Below the pieces are notes generated by a model. That model worked only from the letters and a program-made list of their open reading frames with translations, ran no database searches and was not told the origin of the DNA. Position numbers and translations under genes: made by a program. From an uncultured Methanosarcinaceae archaeon (lineage in GTDB: Archaea > Halobacteriota > Methanosarcinia > Methanosarcinales > Methanosarcinaceae), in contig CAWHXP010000006.1 of the NCBI GenBank assembly GCA_963833425.1, positions 32,001 to 96,000 on the forward strand: a stretch of 64,000 nucleotides of DNA, written 5' to 3'. Below, piece by piece: positions 35,886 through 48,119 of this stretch (position 1 is its first letter; every line of letters starts with the position of its first letter).

Positions 35886-36554
35886 ATGTTAATGCATGTA
35901 ATCCATATGGAATACGACGTTTTCAAAGCAAACGATAAAATTGCTGAAAAAAACAGAAAACAGCTTGACAAGCATCAGGTCTTTTCAGTCAATGTCATGG
36001 GGGCAATCGGATCTGGAAAAACGACTCTAATTGAGGAAGCGATCAAAAATCTCAAAGAGAAGTACAGAATAGCTGTGATCGCAGGAGATGTAATCGCGGA
36101 AATGGATGCTTCACGCTTCAGGAAACTCGGAGTACCGACAATTCCTGTAAATACTGGAAAGGAGTGCCATCTAGATGCAAATCTATTGGAAAAAGCCCTT
36201 AATGAAATCGACCTTGAAAACACTGATCTCCTTATAATTGAGAATGTAGGCAATTTGATATGCCCTGTGGACTTCAAACTAGGAGAGCACCTGAGGATAG
36301 TAATCGTAAGTGTAACAGAGGGAGATGACATCATCTTAAAGCATCCGATGATTTTTAAGACTGCAGAACTTGCGATCATAAATAAAGTTGACATTGCATA
36401 TGCAGTTGACTGTAATACCAAGAAAATGCAAGAGGATATTCTTTCCTTAAATCCTGATATTCCTGTTATTTTGACTTCAAAACACGACCTTAAAAGTCTG
36501 GAAACCTGGATTAGCTTTATTGAGCTTCAATTAAAGAAAAATGCGGAGAAATAA
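35886..36554 (+). CDS. hypB: Hydrogenase nickel incorporation GTPase HypB
   Basis: GAIGSGKT, GKECHLDA, ENVGNLICP, NKVD. Confidence 0.96.
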   Translation: MLMHVIHMEYDVFKANDKIAEKNRKQLDKHQVFSVNVMGAIGSGKTTLIEEAIKNLKEKYRIAVIAGDVIAEMDASRFRKLGVPTIPVNTGKECHLDANLLEKALNEIDLENTDLLIIENVGNLICPVDFKLGEHLRIVIVSVTEGDDIILKHPMIFKTAELAIINKVDIAYAVDCNTKKMQEDILSLNPDIPVILTSKHDLKSLETWISFIELQLKKNAEK

Positions 36555-36596
36555 GATATATTAGGAGAGCAAAAAACGGAAAAAAAGGAGGCGGAT

Positions 36597-37643
36597 ATGA
36601 AATCCAATACCATTTCTCTTGAGCACGGTGCAGGTGGAGAAATCATGCAGGCACTGATAGGAGATATAATCCTTAAAAACTTCCGCAACAAAAGTGCAGG
36701 TTCTGTTGGGCTCGAAAACCTTGATGACGGATCCACGGTAAGGCTTGAAAATTTTAATCCTGCATCCGAACTAGTACTGACTACTGACAGTTATGTGATA
36801 ACACCCTCCTTTTTCCCAGATACAAATATAGGAAGACTTGCAGTTGCAGGCACAATCAATGATCTCTCTGTTATGGGAGCACAACCACTTGCTCTTACCT
36901 GTGCTGTCATAGTTCCGGAAGGCTTTTCACTTCAAAAGTTCGAAGAGATAATCAAAACAATGGATGAAACTGCTTCAGAAGTTGGCGTGCCTATAATAAC
37001 GGGAGATACAAAGACCGTCGAGAAAACAGCACTTGATTCAATCATCTTGAACACTGCAGGGCTGGGCATTACTGATAGCCCAGTCAGAGATTCGGGGCTC
37101 AGCCCAGGAGACAGAATTCTTGTCACGGGCACTGTTGGAGACCATGGAATTTCTCTTATAGCCCACAGGGAAGGTTTTGATTTTGATACAGACTTGGTCT
37201 CAGATTCTGCACCCCTATGGAATCTTATAAAGCCTATTTTGAAGCTTAGAACACTAGAAGGAGAGCCGGTAATAACAGCAATGAAAGACCCAACACGTGG
37301 GGGGCTTGCGAACTCCCTAAACGAAATGGCAACAAAATCCAGAACAGGTATCCTTATTGAAGAAGACTGGATTCCCTTCAAGCCTGCAGTTTCCGCGACC
37401 TGTGAGATGCTGGGTCTTGATCCTCTTGAGATTGCAAACGAAGGAAAAGCAATAATTGGAGTAAAATTGGGCTTCGAAGAAGAAGTTCTCTCAATTCTCA
37501 GGCAGCACCCTTACGGCAGAAATGCCGCTATTATAGGGGCAGTTACTACAGAAAACAAGGGAGAAGTAATCCTGAGAAACCGTTTTGGCGGCATGCGCTA
37601 TGTAGATATGCCTTCCGGAGATCCGATTCCACGCGTATGTTAG
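36597..37643 (+). CDS. hypE: Carbamoyl dehydratase HypE
   Basis: HGAGG, TTDSYV, GTINDL, GDTK, MKDPTRGG, ANEG and C-terminal PRVC. Confidence 0.97.
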   Translation: MKSNTISLEHGAGGEIMQALIGDIILKNFRNKSAGSVGLENLDDGSTVRLENFNPASELVLTTDSYVITPSFFPDTNIGRLAVAGTINDLSVMGAQPLALTCAVIVPEGFSLQKFEEIIKTMDETASEVGVPIITGDTKTVEKTALDSIILNTAGLGITDSPVRDSGLSPGDRILVTGTVGDHGISLIAHREGFDFDTDLVSDSAPLWNLIKPILKLRTLEGEPVITAMKDPTRGGLANSLNEMATKSRTGILIEEDWIPFKPAVSATCEMLGLDPLEIANEGKAIIGVKLGFEEEVLSILRQHPYGRNAAIIGAVTTENKGEVILRNRFGGMRYVDMPSGDPIPRVC

Positions 37644-37968
37644 CCTAGTTGTGCCAACAGAATTGAGATTCGGTATCTGATTATCCATTTAGCTCACTCA
37701 AGTGAACTTATTTTTTTATTTGTTTTTTATTTTTGCGATCTATTAACTTTAAATGATCAACAAAATTTTGGAGACAAATAACTTATCAGTGTACCATAAC
37801 TATGCCGAATAGTATAGATTTTAAGTTTTCAAAGATTTGTAATTGTAATTCATACAAAACTGATAAACACAACTAATAGTCAATAATTACAGAAATGAAC
37901 TCAAAAAAAATTCACACACTAATTTGTAATAGAGGATTAATTATTTGTTTTACGAGTTGAATAATTAC

Positions 37969-38059
37969 AGAAAATTTCAATAAACCCCTAATTTTTGTTA
38001 TATGATTAGAGGTTATATACAAAATAATTCGTGAAAATAAGAGGTTTATTGAAATCGAT
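37969..38059. mobile_element. IS5-TIR MITE (~90 bp), degenerate
   Basis: agaaaatttcaataaacccctaa ... gaggtttattgaaatc. Confidence 0.65.
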
Positions 38060-38584
38060 GTTTATCAAAATTATATATAGAGTTTAGGTAAAGAAGGATA
38101 TACAATATTAAGCTCAAAAGCACTAATTCCTATGAATAGTATATAAATAGAATTAATTAAAAAAGAGTTAAGGGGTGCTTTCCAGAATAAAAAATGGGCA
38201 ATTTAACGGATTTGCCAGAAATTCAAATTTAAATTCAGCAACTGTATATTTCTAGGTTTTTGACATGTGATTTCCGTTCTCATAACTTTTTAAGCTGTGA
38301 AATTTTACAGAAAAATAAGAATATTGACGCAAAAAGGAACCAGTGTAAATTTTTAGATTTTAATTACGCAATTTTTTGATCCTAAGTTTTTAGTATTGGT
38401 AAGAGGGAAGAACCGTACTATAAATAACAAAAATGACGGGTAGATAAGAGAAAAAAAGAAGAGAGAAAAAAGGGAATAAAATAGAGGGAACTGAAAAAGC
38501 AAATAAAATGAGCATAAGTGATAAAAAGATAAAAAGAGTATTGAAGAAAATATGATGAGCCATAAAAACCAATGACGAAAATAT

Positions 38585-39088
38585 ATGACAAAAATTCTCA
38601 TCCGAAAAGCCAAGAAATCAGATATGCAGACAATTCAGAGGCTTCTATCCACTTACTTTCTTGACATGGAAGATCTTGACCCAAAAGATTTCTTGCTGTA
38701 TGAGATTGATGGAAAAATTACAGGATGCATTTCCCTTATAAAGATTAATCTACATGGGAAAAATATTATGGAAATTCATTCCATTGCAATCCATCCGAAC
38801 TTTCGGGGAAAAGGGATCGGAACCAAGTTGGTAAAACACCTTTTGAAAAATATGGAGAATTATGCATTCGATTTTTATGTAAGGACAACTGCTCCTAGAT
38901 TTTTTGAAAAACTTGATTTTGTGAAAATAGAAAATTCTGAAAAGTTTTTTCTTTGGGAAGATTGCAAAAATTGTGAGTATTTTGAAAAATGCATTCACTA
39001 TGCTATGAAATATTCTTACAACCCAGTAAAATTCTACCCATCACAATCTCTACAGAAAAGTAATGTTGATGTCGAAGGCGAGGAATAA
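38585..39088 (+). CDS. GNAT N-acetyltransferase (short ArgA/N-acetylglutamate synthase-like)
   Basis: IHSIAIHPNFRGKGIG acetyl-CoA motif, RFFEKLDF, WEDCKNC...C tail. Confidence 0.8.
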   Translation: MTKILIRKAKKSDMQTIQRLLSTYFLDMEDLDPKDFLLYEIDGKITGCISLIKINLHGKNIMEIHSIAIHPNFRGKGIGTKLVKHLLKNMENYAFDFYVRTTAPRFFEKLDFVKIENSEKFFLWEDCKNCEYFEKCIHYAMKYSYNPVKFYPSQSLQKSNVDVEGEE

Positions 39089-39212
39089 GGTTCCAAAGTT
39101 TTCGATTGAAAAGCTTGGAACCTCATAGTTGGATTATTTTTGACTCGAAATTCTATAAATTCCCTGATGCGATTCTTTTGCTTTACTGATTCTATATACC
39201 TAGCAAAATTTC

Positions 39213-40067
39213 GGTTCTGTTGCAAAAAATCCTTTCTACTGATACAATAGAACAAAAAGAAAACCAAAGATAGTAACATGCTATCTAATTCCTTTAAATG
39301 GAAGCATTATGAAGGGGAAATTATCCTATTAAATGTAAGATGGTACTTAAAATATGCATTAAGTTATAGAAATTTAAAGGAAATGATGGCAGAAAGAGGA
39401 ATTCAAGTTGATCACAGTACTATAATAAGATGGGTGCATCAATATTCCCCTGAAATAGAAAAGAAAATAAGAAGACATTTAAGACTAACAAACTATTCGT
39501 GGAGAGTTGATGAAACCTATATCAAAGTAAAAGGTAAATGGAAATATTTTTATCGAGCAGTTGACTCAAATGGAAAAACAATTGATTTCATATTAAGTGC
39601 AAAACGAAATAGAAAAGCAGCGAAGAGATTCTTTAAGAAAGCTTTGAGTTCAAATCACAATCAAATTCCAAGAGTAATAACAGTTGATAAGAATCCAGCT
39701 TATCCGCCTGCTATAGATAAACTAAAAATTGACAAAATACTACCTAAAAACGTAGGCATTAGACAAATCAAGTATTTGAATAACATTATAGAACAAGATC
39801 ATAGATCTATAAAGCGGATAGTTCATTCAATGTTAGGATTTCAGTCTTTTCGATCTGCTAATAAAACTTTAAAAGTAATTGAAGCTATGAATATGATTAA
39901 AAAAAGACAAGTCAATAATTTAAATTACTCGGTTCCTAATGAAGTCAAATACATTAATCACTTATTTGGTATAGTTATATAATGTTGGTACATTTTCTTT
40001 GAATATTTTGATTTTTATTAATTACTTATAGATTTACATATTTTTTTGAAGTTTTTGCAACGGAACC
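39213..40067 (+). mobile_element. IS6-family element with intact transposase (CDS 39278-39982)
   Basis: TIRs GGTTCTGTTGCAAAAA / TTTTTGCAACGGAACC; WRVDETY, VDKNPAY and NNIIEQDHR DDE motifs. Confidence 0.96.
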
Positions 40068-40151
40068 AAATTTAGTATTCACTCACCAAGGCTACCTGAG
40101 CAGTTACCTTTTTCCTACTCTTGTGTCCTCAAGTTTAAATTTTTTAATGCC

Positions 40152-41156
40152 TTATTTTTGCTTTCCTATTTCGATTTTTTTTACAATTTCCTTTAAAATA
40201 TTTTCTTTTGAATGCAGATAAAAAGAAGCTGGAAGTCCTGTATTTGAGATCATATAGAGTAAGCTCATAGCCGTCCTATTAAGTATCGGGGAGCAGTTTA
40301 AAAGAGAGCTCCTTGAGATCCTCACCATTGCATCCAGAGATTTTATCCCTGTAAGATAGCTTTTTATACCTATACTTCTCTGGCTTTTTTCAAAAATAAG
40401 ATCTATCCATGTATTCATTTCATCGATTAATAGTTCCCTTGTAAGGTCTTCAGTGACAATGTAACTTTTCCCATTTTTGATATTTTTAAAAAACTTCCTG
40501 AAATTATCACCCTTTGCAAGAGTGTAAACCTGCCCGAGCTTTCCTGAATGAGTGTCTGTTGTCGCAGCAACGCCTTTGTCGAATCTTTCAGCAAGAGCAA
40601 GGGTAAGTTCATTTTTTTTCTTTAGCTCATGCATATTATACTCAAGTACAGGGAAAAACTTTGCAAGCCTTATTACTGTAGATGGCTGAGGTTCCCGATG
40701 GAAGTCAAACCAGAAAGGATGATTATACATGAAAGGCAAACCTCGATTCTTAAGGTATCTAACAAAACTTTTCAAATCTCTTTCTATTTCTGCGATCTCT
40801 CGAAGTTCGAAGAAATCCTCCCTATCAAGCTCGAAAACATTTACATGTAACTCGTGTCCTGCAAATTTAGGGTCAGCAACACTCATTTCAACTCCAGAAA
40901 TAAGCTTTTCCCGATCCCATCCAAGAATCTTGTATGCTCCGATGGTATTGTGGTCTGTAAATGTAATATAATCCATTCCCATCCCTAGCGCCTTCTCATA
41001 AAGGCTCTCTGGATGCAGATTCCTTGCAGGAAGCACATCAAAGGAGCAGGTTGTATGCACGTGCAGGTCTGCTCGCCTCCAGCCCTCTCCTATAAGCTCT
41101 GCTGCACGTTCCGAAGTTATTAGTCTCTTCTCGAAATTTCTCTTTCTTCTCCTCAT
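40152..41156 (-). CDS. PHP-domain metal-dependent phosphoesterase
   Basis: DLHVHTTCSFD, FTDHN, GVE, NHP and TDTH motifs. Confidence 0.85.
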   Translation of the reverse strand: MRRRKRNFEKRLITSERAAELIGEGWRRADLHVHTTCSFDVLPARNLHPESLYEKALGMGMDYITFTDHNTIGAYKILGWDREKLISGVEMSVADPKFAGHELHVNVFELDREDFFELREIAEIERDLKSFVRYLKNRGLPFMYNHPFWFDFHREPQPSTVIRLAKFFPVLEYNMHELKKKNELTLALAERFDKGVAATTDTHSGKLGQVYTLAKGDNFRKFFKNIKNGKSYIVTEDLTRELLIDEMNTWIDLIFEKSQRSIGIKSYLTGIKSLDAMVRISRSSLLNCSPILNRTAMSLLYMISNTGLPASFYLHSKENILKEIVKKIEIGKQK

Positions 41157-41547
41157 AAGTGTTAATCCATTTATTTTAATTTTTTTGGATTGTTTTAAAT
41201 AAGTTTAAATTTTTGTCTAGTATAATATATCCTTTTTTAGATTAAGGTTTTTACGGAAAACTTTTATCAATATTTAAAAGTTATCCAACTCCAAAGTGAA
41301 TTTTTAAGCTTTTTTCTTATTTTAAAACCATATACGCTTGTTCCTTGCCCATAAGATCATATTTACAAATATTTATAAATAAATAAAGATAGTATTATTT
41401 GTGAACATAAATAAAAATTGATAAAATACAATCTATTTAAAATTTAAAGAATATAATCCACATAATTTTTGAAAATTAAATGAGAACAAAAAGAGATACA
41501 GGTTAAAATTTATACAATGTAAATTTTTGATATAAAACATTGATTTA

Positions 41548-41995
41548 CCCTAAATTTGACAAATGAGTAAAGAGAATTGCTTTTTATGTGAAATTCTGTC
41601 AAATGAATACAAACACAAAACAGAGGACATTCCTCACAATTTCTGAATAGAGATATATTTTCCCATCAAATCTATCCTTGCTGTTCAATCTTTTCATGAA
41701 AAGCTTAATTTTTGCGAAATTTTATCAAGTATAAAGAAAAGAGTTAAATCTCAATAACTTATTGGTAATCTTGTTGAGCTATTAGCTCACAGATAATTTT
41801 AGCATAGAAGAAGTTGGAAAATTATTGAATCAATAAAAAATTATCGACACGTGATTCTTGAAATATTCAATGAAAAAGTTCTTTACAAAATGCTTGAAAT
41901 TTTTGAGAATAACAATAAGAGAAGCCTCTTTGATATTCTGAGCAGTCCAGTTTCTGTTTATGATATCGAACAAGCTGATCTAAACTTGTATTGAA
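41548..41995 (+). mobile_element. IS1634-like transposase 5' remnant
   Basis: TKQRTFLTI..FPIKSILAVQSFHEKLNFCEI, LTDNFSIEE and FNEKVLYKMLEIF resemble the Methanosarcina IS1634 N-terminus as recalled. Confidence 0.55.
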
Positions 41996-42060
41996 CAAAT
42001 ATGCACTTCACCATATTATATATAAAATTAGAGAAATAAAGATATAGTATGACACAGTAC

Positions 42061-42290
42061 AGCGAATTTTGATGAACTTCGATACATTTGAGCATTAAAG
42101 AGTTTGATTCTCTTAACAGTAATTCTAACTCATCAAAACTTTTACTGGTTTTGGTCTTAAAGAATAATCGATATTTCTTCAGTTAGTTGAAGGCAACATA
42201 GCTGAAAATTATTCGGCTATTGATTGGAAATAGTTTAGTACCATTTTTTTAGTCCATATAATTAACAAAACAGTTATTTAACTGAATTAT
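42061..42290 (+). mobile_element. IS5-family left-end fragment
   Basis: agcgaattttgatgaac...tgagcat resembles the IS5 left end; KTFTGFGLKE parallels KTFTDFALKE. Confidence 0.6.
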
Positions 42291-42299
42291 TTGTATTAT

Positions 42300-42815
42300 A
42301 AGCTACCTTTCCACAATAAAAAGGAACTAATCATGCAAAATATTGTGTCTATAGAACAAAAGATCATATGTTTTTTTGTATAAAGTATCGGGAAAAATAT
42401 TCTTAGAAAAATACATCATCAATTATTTCAAATTAGTATACCTTAAAATTGGTACACAGTACTGCTTTGAGTTTGATCAATAGATATTGTTTCGTCATAT
42501 AAATCTTTTCGTTTGTGCTGAATCAAGGAATTTTCCTCTAAGAGTGAGAATGATTATAAAAGTGATCACAGTAAGAAAAAAACAGAATAATGCTCTAAAA
42601 TCAAAAAAGATCTTGACAAAATTGTGGAGTTATAGATGTTAAATCGGAACTGGGGTGATGATATAAATTCCAATTAATTAAAAGCCATATTGAAAATCAG
42701 GGAAACCATGAAGAAAAAGAACCATATAAGCAAGTGGAAATTTTAATTTAGAACAATTCTTTTATATAGAAAGTCGGGTGTGAACATGCCCAGTTACTTG
42801 CAGCGGGGTACATAA
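42300..42815 (+). mobile_element. tnpA: IS200-type TnpA pseudogene with right-end hairpin
   Basis: ELNHAKYCVYR..HMFFCIKYR, YCFEFD, LFVCAE and IENQGNHEEKEPYKQ; right-end-like atgcccagttacttgcagcggggtac; same family as 62686-63170. Confidence 0.7.
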
Positions 42816-43279
42816 CCATAAATTTGAGTTTTTTTGTAGAAGAAACATAGATGGTCATAATAATAAATTGACATTTTCCAGAAAATTCACGTTATTGCAC
42901 TCAGCATACAATTTCGTGCTTTGAACATTAGGTTTCCTGTGCGCAGAAAATATTAGAAAAAGATTGCAGTTGACTAAAGTGTATTCTAAGATGATACCTT
43001 GACCAGCTATCGAAGCACAACTGAGATATATAGAATGTTAAAACCAAAAAAGCTAAAATGCAGTAAAAAGTTATTTATTAAAAATTTAAAAAGAGCTTTA
43101 TATATATATATATCACACAATTGATTTATTTTATTAAAATCCTGACTTCAATACCCAAATGAGCTCTCATTCAAAATTTAGAACCTATCTTACCACTGAT
43201 CTATGTAACATTTCAAGTTCCGCTTCGGGAAACATGATTTTATAGCCAATGTTTTTCAACACCATTCAACAATATACAA

Positions 43280-44419
43280 ATGGAGCAAGTTCCCTTGACC
43301 AATAATGACATCTTACTCTGGGATGAAACATTATTTAAAGACCTTTCCGTTCTTGAGCCTGACTATCTACCCGAATATTTCCCTCATAGAGATTCACAGT
43401 TAGATGCGCTCAAATTCGCTCTTAGGCCAGCTCTGCGCAGCATGCGTCCTTTGAATTGTTTGCTTGTAGGTCCTCCTGGGACAGGAAAGACCAGTGCAGT
43501 TATGAAAGTTTTTAAAGAAGTTGAAGTCTATGCTCCTAATGTGGTCGTTGTAAAAGTCAATTGCCAGATTGATTCCACACGCTTTGCAGTAATCTCGAGA
43601 ATTTACAGGAAAATTTTTGGAATTTCGCCGCCTAATTCTGGAATTGCATTTCGGAAGATTTTTGAAAAAGTTGTTAATTTCCTTATATCTTCAGAAAAAG
43701 TGTTGCTTGTTGCACTAGATGATCTCAATTATCTTTGTTATGAAGGGGGGCATACCAATGAAGTGATGTATTCCCTGTTGAGGGCTCATGAACAGTACCC
43801 CGGAGTGAAAATAGGAGTAACCGGAATCGTAAATGACACATCTGACCTCTACTGTATAGATTCCAGGGTGAATTCAATTTTTCTGCCGGAAGAGATACCT
43901 TTTCCGAAGTATGAGAATGCGGAAATTCTTGACATTCTCAAGGACAGGATAAAATATGGATTCTATCCAAAGGTAATTTCGGATGAATTACTGAAACTTG
44001 TTGTTTCATATGTAGAAAAGACAGGAGACCTTAGAATTGGAATAGATCTTCTTAAGCGCTCCGGATTTAATGCAGAACGCAGGGGAAACCGTACAATTTC
44101 CTCTGAAGATGTAGAAAAAGCATATGAAGCAACCAAACTGCTCCACCTTTGCAGGGGCATAAGCCTCCTTTCATATCCTGAAAAACGTTTACTCGAGTTA
44201 ATAGCAAGAAAAGGAGAAATACAAGCCGGTGAGCTCTACAAGTCCTTCCATGAACTGCTGCATCTAGGATATACCCGTTTTTACGGAATTGTAAACAGAC
44301 TCCAGGTGCTTAACTACGTGGATGCGGATTTTTCTGGTAAGGGGCAGAGAGGTAGAACACGAATTATAAAAACAAAGTATGATACCAAGGATATACTTAA
44401 TTGCCTTGAAAAGAGCTGA
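43280..44419 (+). CDS. cdc6: ORC1/Cdc6-type replication initiator paralog
   Basis: YLPEYFPHRD, GPPGTGKT Walker A, VALDD Walker B, GDLR..DLL, C-terminal winged helix GQRGRTR. Confidence 0.95.
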   Translation: MEQVPLTNNDILLWDETLFKDLSVLEPDYLPEYFPHRDSQLDALKFALRPALRSMRPLNCLLVGPPGTGKTSAVMKVFKEVEVYAPNVVVVKVNCQIDSTRFAVISRIYRKIFGISPPNSGIAFRKIFEKVVNFLISSEKVLLVALDDLNYLCYEGGHTNEVMYSLLRAHEQYPGVKIGVTGIVNDTSDLYCIDSRVNSIFLPEEIPFPKYENAEILDILKDRIKYGFYPKVISDELLKLVVSYVEKTGDLRIGIDLLKRSGFNAERRGNRTISSEDVEKAYEATKLLHLCRGISLLSYPEKRLLELIARKGEIQAGELYKSFHELLHLGYTRFYGIVNRLQVLNYVDADFSGKGQRGRTRIIKTKYDTKDILNCLEKS

Positions 44420-44537
44420 ATTGATAATTTTAATCCTCATAGATATATAAAATTCTTGAAAATAGAGATTTGCATAAATTTTGATGAAAAGCTAAATAGA
44501 TTATTTTCCAGACCTTAATTTTAATAGGCTAATGTTA

Positions 44538-44566
44538 AAAGCACAGCCCTAAGACTGTGCCTTTCC
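44538..44566. terminator. Hairpin between convergent cdc6 and thermosome genes
   Basis: aaaGCACAGccctaagaCTGTGCctttcc inverted repeat. Confidence 0.5.
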
Positions 44567-44605
44567 TTAATCAGCCCGAATTAATCTTGGGATTTATTTT
44601 AGGAA

Positions 44606-46267
44606 TTACATCATTCCGGGAGGCATTCCACCCATTCCAGGAGGCATTCCTCCACCCATTCCTGGGGGCATTCCCATCCCCTCTTCTGGGCCAGGAGATG
44701 CACGAGTAGAGGCAATGACATCGTCTATTCTAAGGATCATAACTGCAGACTCGGTGGCAGCATTAATGACCTGGGTCTTGACTCTGAGAGGTTCAACGAC
44801 AAAGTCCTTCCACATGTCAACAACCTTGCCTTCGAAAACGTTCAGCCCTGCAGTTTTCACTCCCTTCTCATGTTGAGAACGCAGCTCCATGAGCATGTCA
44901 ATAGGATCGAGTCCGGCATTTTCTGCAAGAGTTCGTGGAATGACTTCGAGAGCTTCAGCATAGGCTTTTACTGCGAGCTGTTCTCTGCCTTCAAGGGTTG
45001 CTGCGTATTCCTGGAGTCTCAATGCAACTTCAACTTCAGGAGAGCCACCGCCTGCAACGAGCTTGCCATCCTCAATTGCAACTGCTACCACGCGAAGTGA
45101 ATCTTCAAGAGCACTGTTTATACTTTCAACTACATGCTCGGTGCCACCACGCAGCAGGATGCTTACAGCCTTCGGGTTGTGGCAACCTGTGACAAAGGTC
45201 ATTTGGTCGCCGCCGACCTTCTTCTCCTCCACGAGTCCTGCGTATCCAAGGTCCTCAGGAGCAACCTCATCTAGGTTAGTAATGAGTTTGCCACCTGTTG
45301 CTCTTGCAAGCTTTTCCATATCGCTTTTCTTAACCCTTCGAACAGCAAAAATTCCTGCCTTTGCAAGGTAGTGCTGGGCAAGATCTTCAATCCCCTTCTG
45401 ACAAAAGACAACATTTGCCTTGCTATCGATAACCTTCTGAATCATCTTTTTTAACATCTGCTCTTCCTGGTCAAGGAAGGACTGAAGCTGGTCAGGAGAG
45501 GTTATAGAGATTTCCGCATCTACTTCAGTATCCTTGAGTTCGATTGCGGTGTTAAGGAGCATGATCTTTGCATCCTTAATCTTTTGAGGCATATTAGGGT
45601 GAATTCTTTCCTTATCAATGATCATGCCCTGAATAAGTTCGGAGTCTTCCACCTTGCCACCGACCTTCTTAACAACATTGATATTTTCTCTATCGATGAC
45701 GTTCTTTCCATTTGTGTCGACAATGCTTGTGACAGCATCAACTGAAATTTTAGAGAGAAGCTTTTTGGAGAACTCTGCAGCCTTTCCAGTCATTGCAGTT
45801 TCAGAGATGCTAATTAACAGGTCCCGGTCAGAAAGTATCACTGGCATTGCCAAGGAGTTCAGAACATCCACAGCTTTTTCGGCTGCAAGCCTATACCCAG
45901 ATGCAATAATCGTCGGATGAATTTCCTGCTCGATTAAGTCTTCAGCTTTTTTCAAGAGTTCACCTGCAACTACAGCTGCACTGGTAGTACCGTCCCCGAC
46001 TTGTTCATCCTGTGTTTTGGCTACTTCTACTACCATCTTCGCTGCAGGATGTTCGATGTCCATTTCTTTGAGAATGGTTGCTCCGTCATTTGTAATGACC
46101 ACATCTCCCATTGAATCAACGAGCATTTTGTCCATACCCTTAGGGCCGAGGGTTGTTCTGACCGCTTCAGCTACTGCCTTTGCAGCCATTATGTTGTTAC
46201 TTTGGGCATCCCTGCCTCTAGTTCGCTTACTTCCTTCTTTTAAAATGAATATTGGCTGTCCTGCCAC
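44606..46267 (-). CDS. ths: Thermosome (group II chaperonin) subunit, GTG start
   Basis: [25 protein letters not shown] and GGM-rich tail. Confidence 0.98.
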   Translation of the reverse strand: MAGQPIFILKEGSKRTRGRDAQSNNIMAAKAVAEAVRTTLGPKGMDKMLVDSMGDVVITNDGATILKEMDIEHPAAKMVVEVAKTQDEQVGDGTTSAAVVAGELLKKAEDLIEQEIHPTIIASGYRLAAEKAVDVLNSLAMPVILSDRDLLISISETAMTGKAAEFSKKLLSKISVDAVTSIVDTNGKNVIDRENINVVKKVGGKVEDSELIQGMIIDKERIHPNMPQKIKDAKIMLLNTAIELKDTEVDAEISITSPDQLQSFLDQEEQMLKKMIQKVIDSKANVVFCQKGIEDLAQHYLAKAGIFAVRRVKKSDMEKLARATGGKLITNLDEVAPEDLGYAGLVEEKKVGGDQMTFVTGCHNPKAVSILLRGGTEHVVESINSALEDSLRVVAVAIEDGKLVAGGGSPEVEVALRLQEYAATLEGREQLAVKAYAEALEVIPRTLAENAGLDPIDMLMELRSQHEKGVKTAGLNVFEGKVVDMWKDFVVEPLRVKTQVINAATESAVMILRIDDVIASTRASPGPEEGMGMPPGMGGGMPPGMGGMPPGMM

Positions 46268-48119
46268 GATTTACTCCTCCATTAATGTGAGTTTGGAATG
46301 GCTCTTAATTAGAATCGCAGTTTACATGTTTGTACTTCTATATAAACTCATCCCACTGATAACCCTGATATATATGGATCTTGAGAATGGATTTTCTCAA
46401 AGGCCAGATGGATAAATTAGTTTTGCACTAATTTTTTTTCGCAGAATTTTGAATTGCTATCCATAAACAAACCCGATTAAAAAATGTTAAATTTTACATC
46501 AGGCCTATTGTTAATATTTAACGTTTTTAGAAAAATTAAACTCATAATAAATGGAAACAGATAAGTTACGGGAATTACATTATACTAATATAACACGTAG
46601 AATTTTAAATAAAAATTTATGAGGATATGAATTAAGCTAAGATATACAGTATTTACGAATTTTGCCAGTTTAGAAACCATTCCTATGAATTAGAAAAAAA
46701 AAACCATTTTGTAATTCTTTTTGAGAAGGATTATAAAAATATGTTAACCTATCAAGAAACGTTAAATTTATTTCTTGCTTAAATTTCATTAAATAATTCA
46801 GAAGCAATTTTACTGAAAGATTTTGTAATGCCTCAACTCCCTTGTTCCAGTTTAATAATGTCCAAACTGATTACTGATTTATTTGATACGCTCTAATCTC
46901 AAGAAATTACCTTAATACATTAAAAATATCATATAAAATAAATAGTATTACAAAAAAAATAACATCATTGAAACTGATGATTTGGAACATATCAGAATAT
47001 TGAATATTTTTCACTACACATCCAGTTTATACATTTAATATTTATCCGTATTCACAGGGAATTTGCTTGAAAAATTTATTTATAGAACCCACTTTTTATT
47101 TGTTGTAATAAGCTGTACTCTTTGTCCTGATCCGATACTACCACATATTGGAAACGGATCTATTGCCCTTAAACATTTAATCAAACACATTAGAAATATT
47201 TTAGTTCCCACCCTTATGATTTTCAAAAATTTCCTTAATTCTTTTGTTGGATCTAGTTGCAATTAAAAATTCCAACTTGTTCTCATACATTATTTAGATA
47301 ACTCCCCTGTTAAAAATGATCTATCCATGTGTAAGAGGACCCCACTTTCATTCTCATGATTTCAATCCTTCAAAATAAATATATAATAAAATTAGACTAT
47401 TCTGTGCTCAACACATTTATGTCGATAACATCAAATGATAACTTAGAGTTTCCAGTCATACTATGTTGCAAAAGGAATATTCCATAAAGTTTCATTTTTC
47501 GCTTTTAATCTCAATTATATATAAAGTGCCTAAACTTTAATAATGTGGAATATAAAAAATGTTATTAATGTAACGGATTTCATATAATTAAAAATAGCAT
47601 CATCGAAAGAATTCTTATTTTCCTATTCTGGATCTGAGATCATTGTTTACAAATTCAATAAAATGAGTATAGGATATTTCAGCATTAAATAAAGTATTTA
47701 GACTTCTTAATCGCTATAGTTCGTCTCATTATGCAAATTTCTTATATCAACAATATTACATGATTCAGAAAATATATACCAAATACAGAATGAAGATATA
47801 TGAGAGATTAAATCATTATTCTTTGTACTAAACAACTACTTCATTACTTCAAATAACCCTAGTATATTTTTTGATTTATAGAAATTATTTTGAGACTAGG
47901 TAAATATGGGAACCTTTAAACTCAGATTTATTTGAGACGAAACTGTGGCCCAGAAAATTACTGCACTTTTAACACAACATGAGATCCTCTTAGAATTCAT
48001 GAAAATAAATCATGCAATAGAGGAATAATATAATTTTCTAAAAAAGGATTTGAAATAACGAATAATAAAAAAAGAAACTATCAGCACTTGTGTACTACAG
48101 ATGTCAGCCATAAAAAGAA

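Noticed and set aside
38353..38613. Hydrophobic minus-strand ORFs upstream of the GNAT gene
   Set aside because: Artefact of a purine-rich low-complexity plus strand giving Phe/Leu/Ser-rich frames
42820..43280. Replication origin upstream of cdc6
   Set aside because: No repeated ORB boxes seen, only one weak gttccgcttcgggaaac; much of the AT-rich upstream DNA is IS debris
44870..46415. Plus-strand ORFs inside the thermosome gene, and similar antisense ORFs in vht, hyp, nad and hdr
   Set aside because: Shadow frames of well-supported genes with no recognisable motifs
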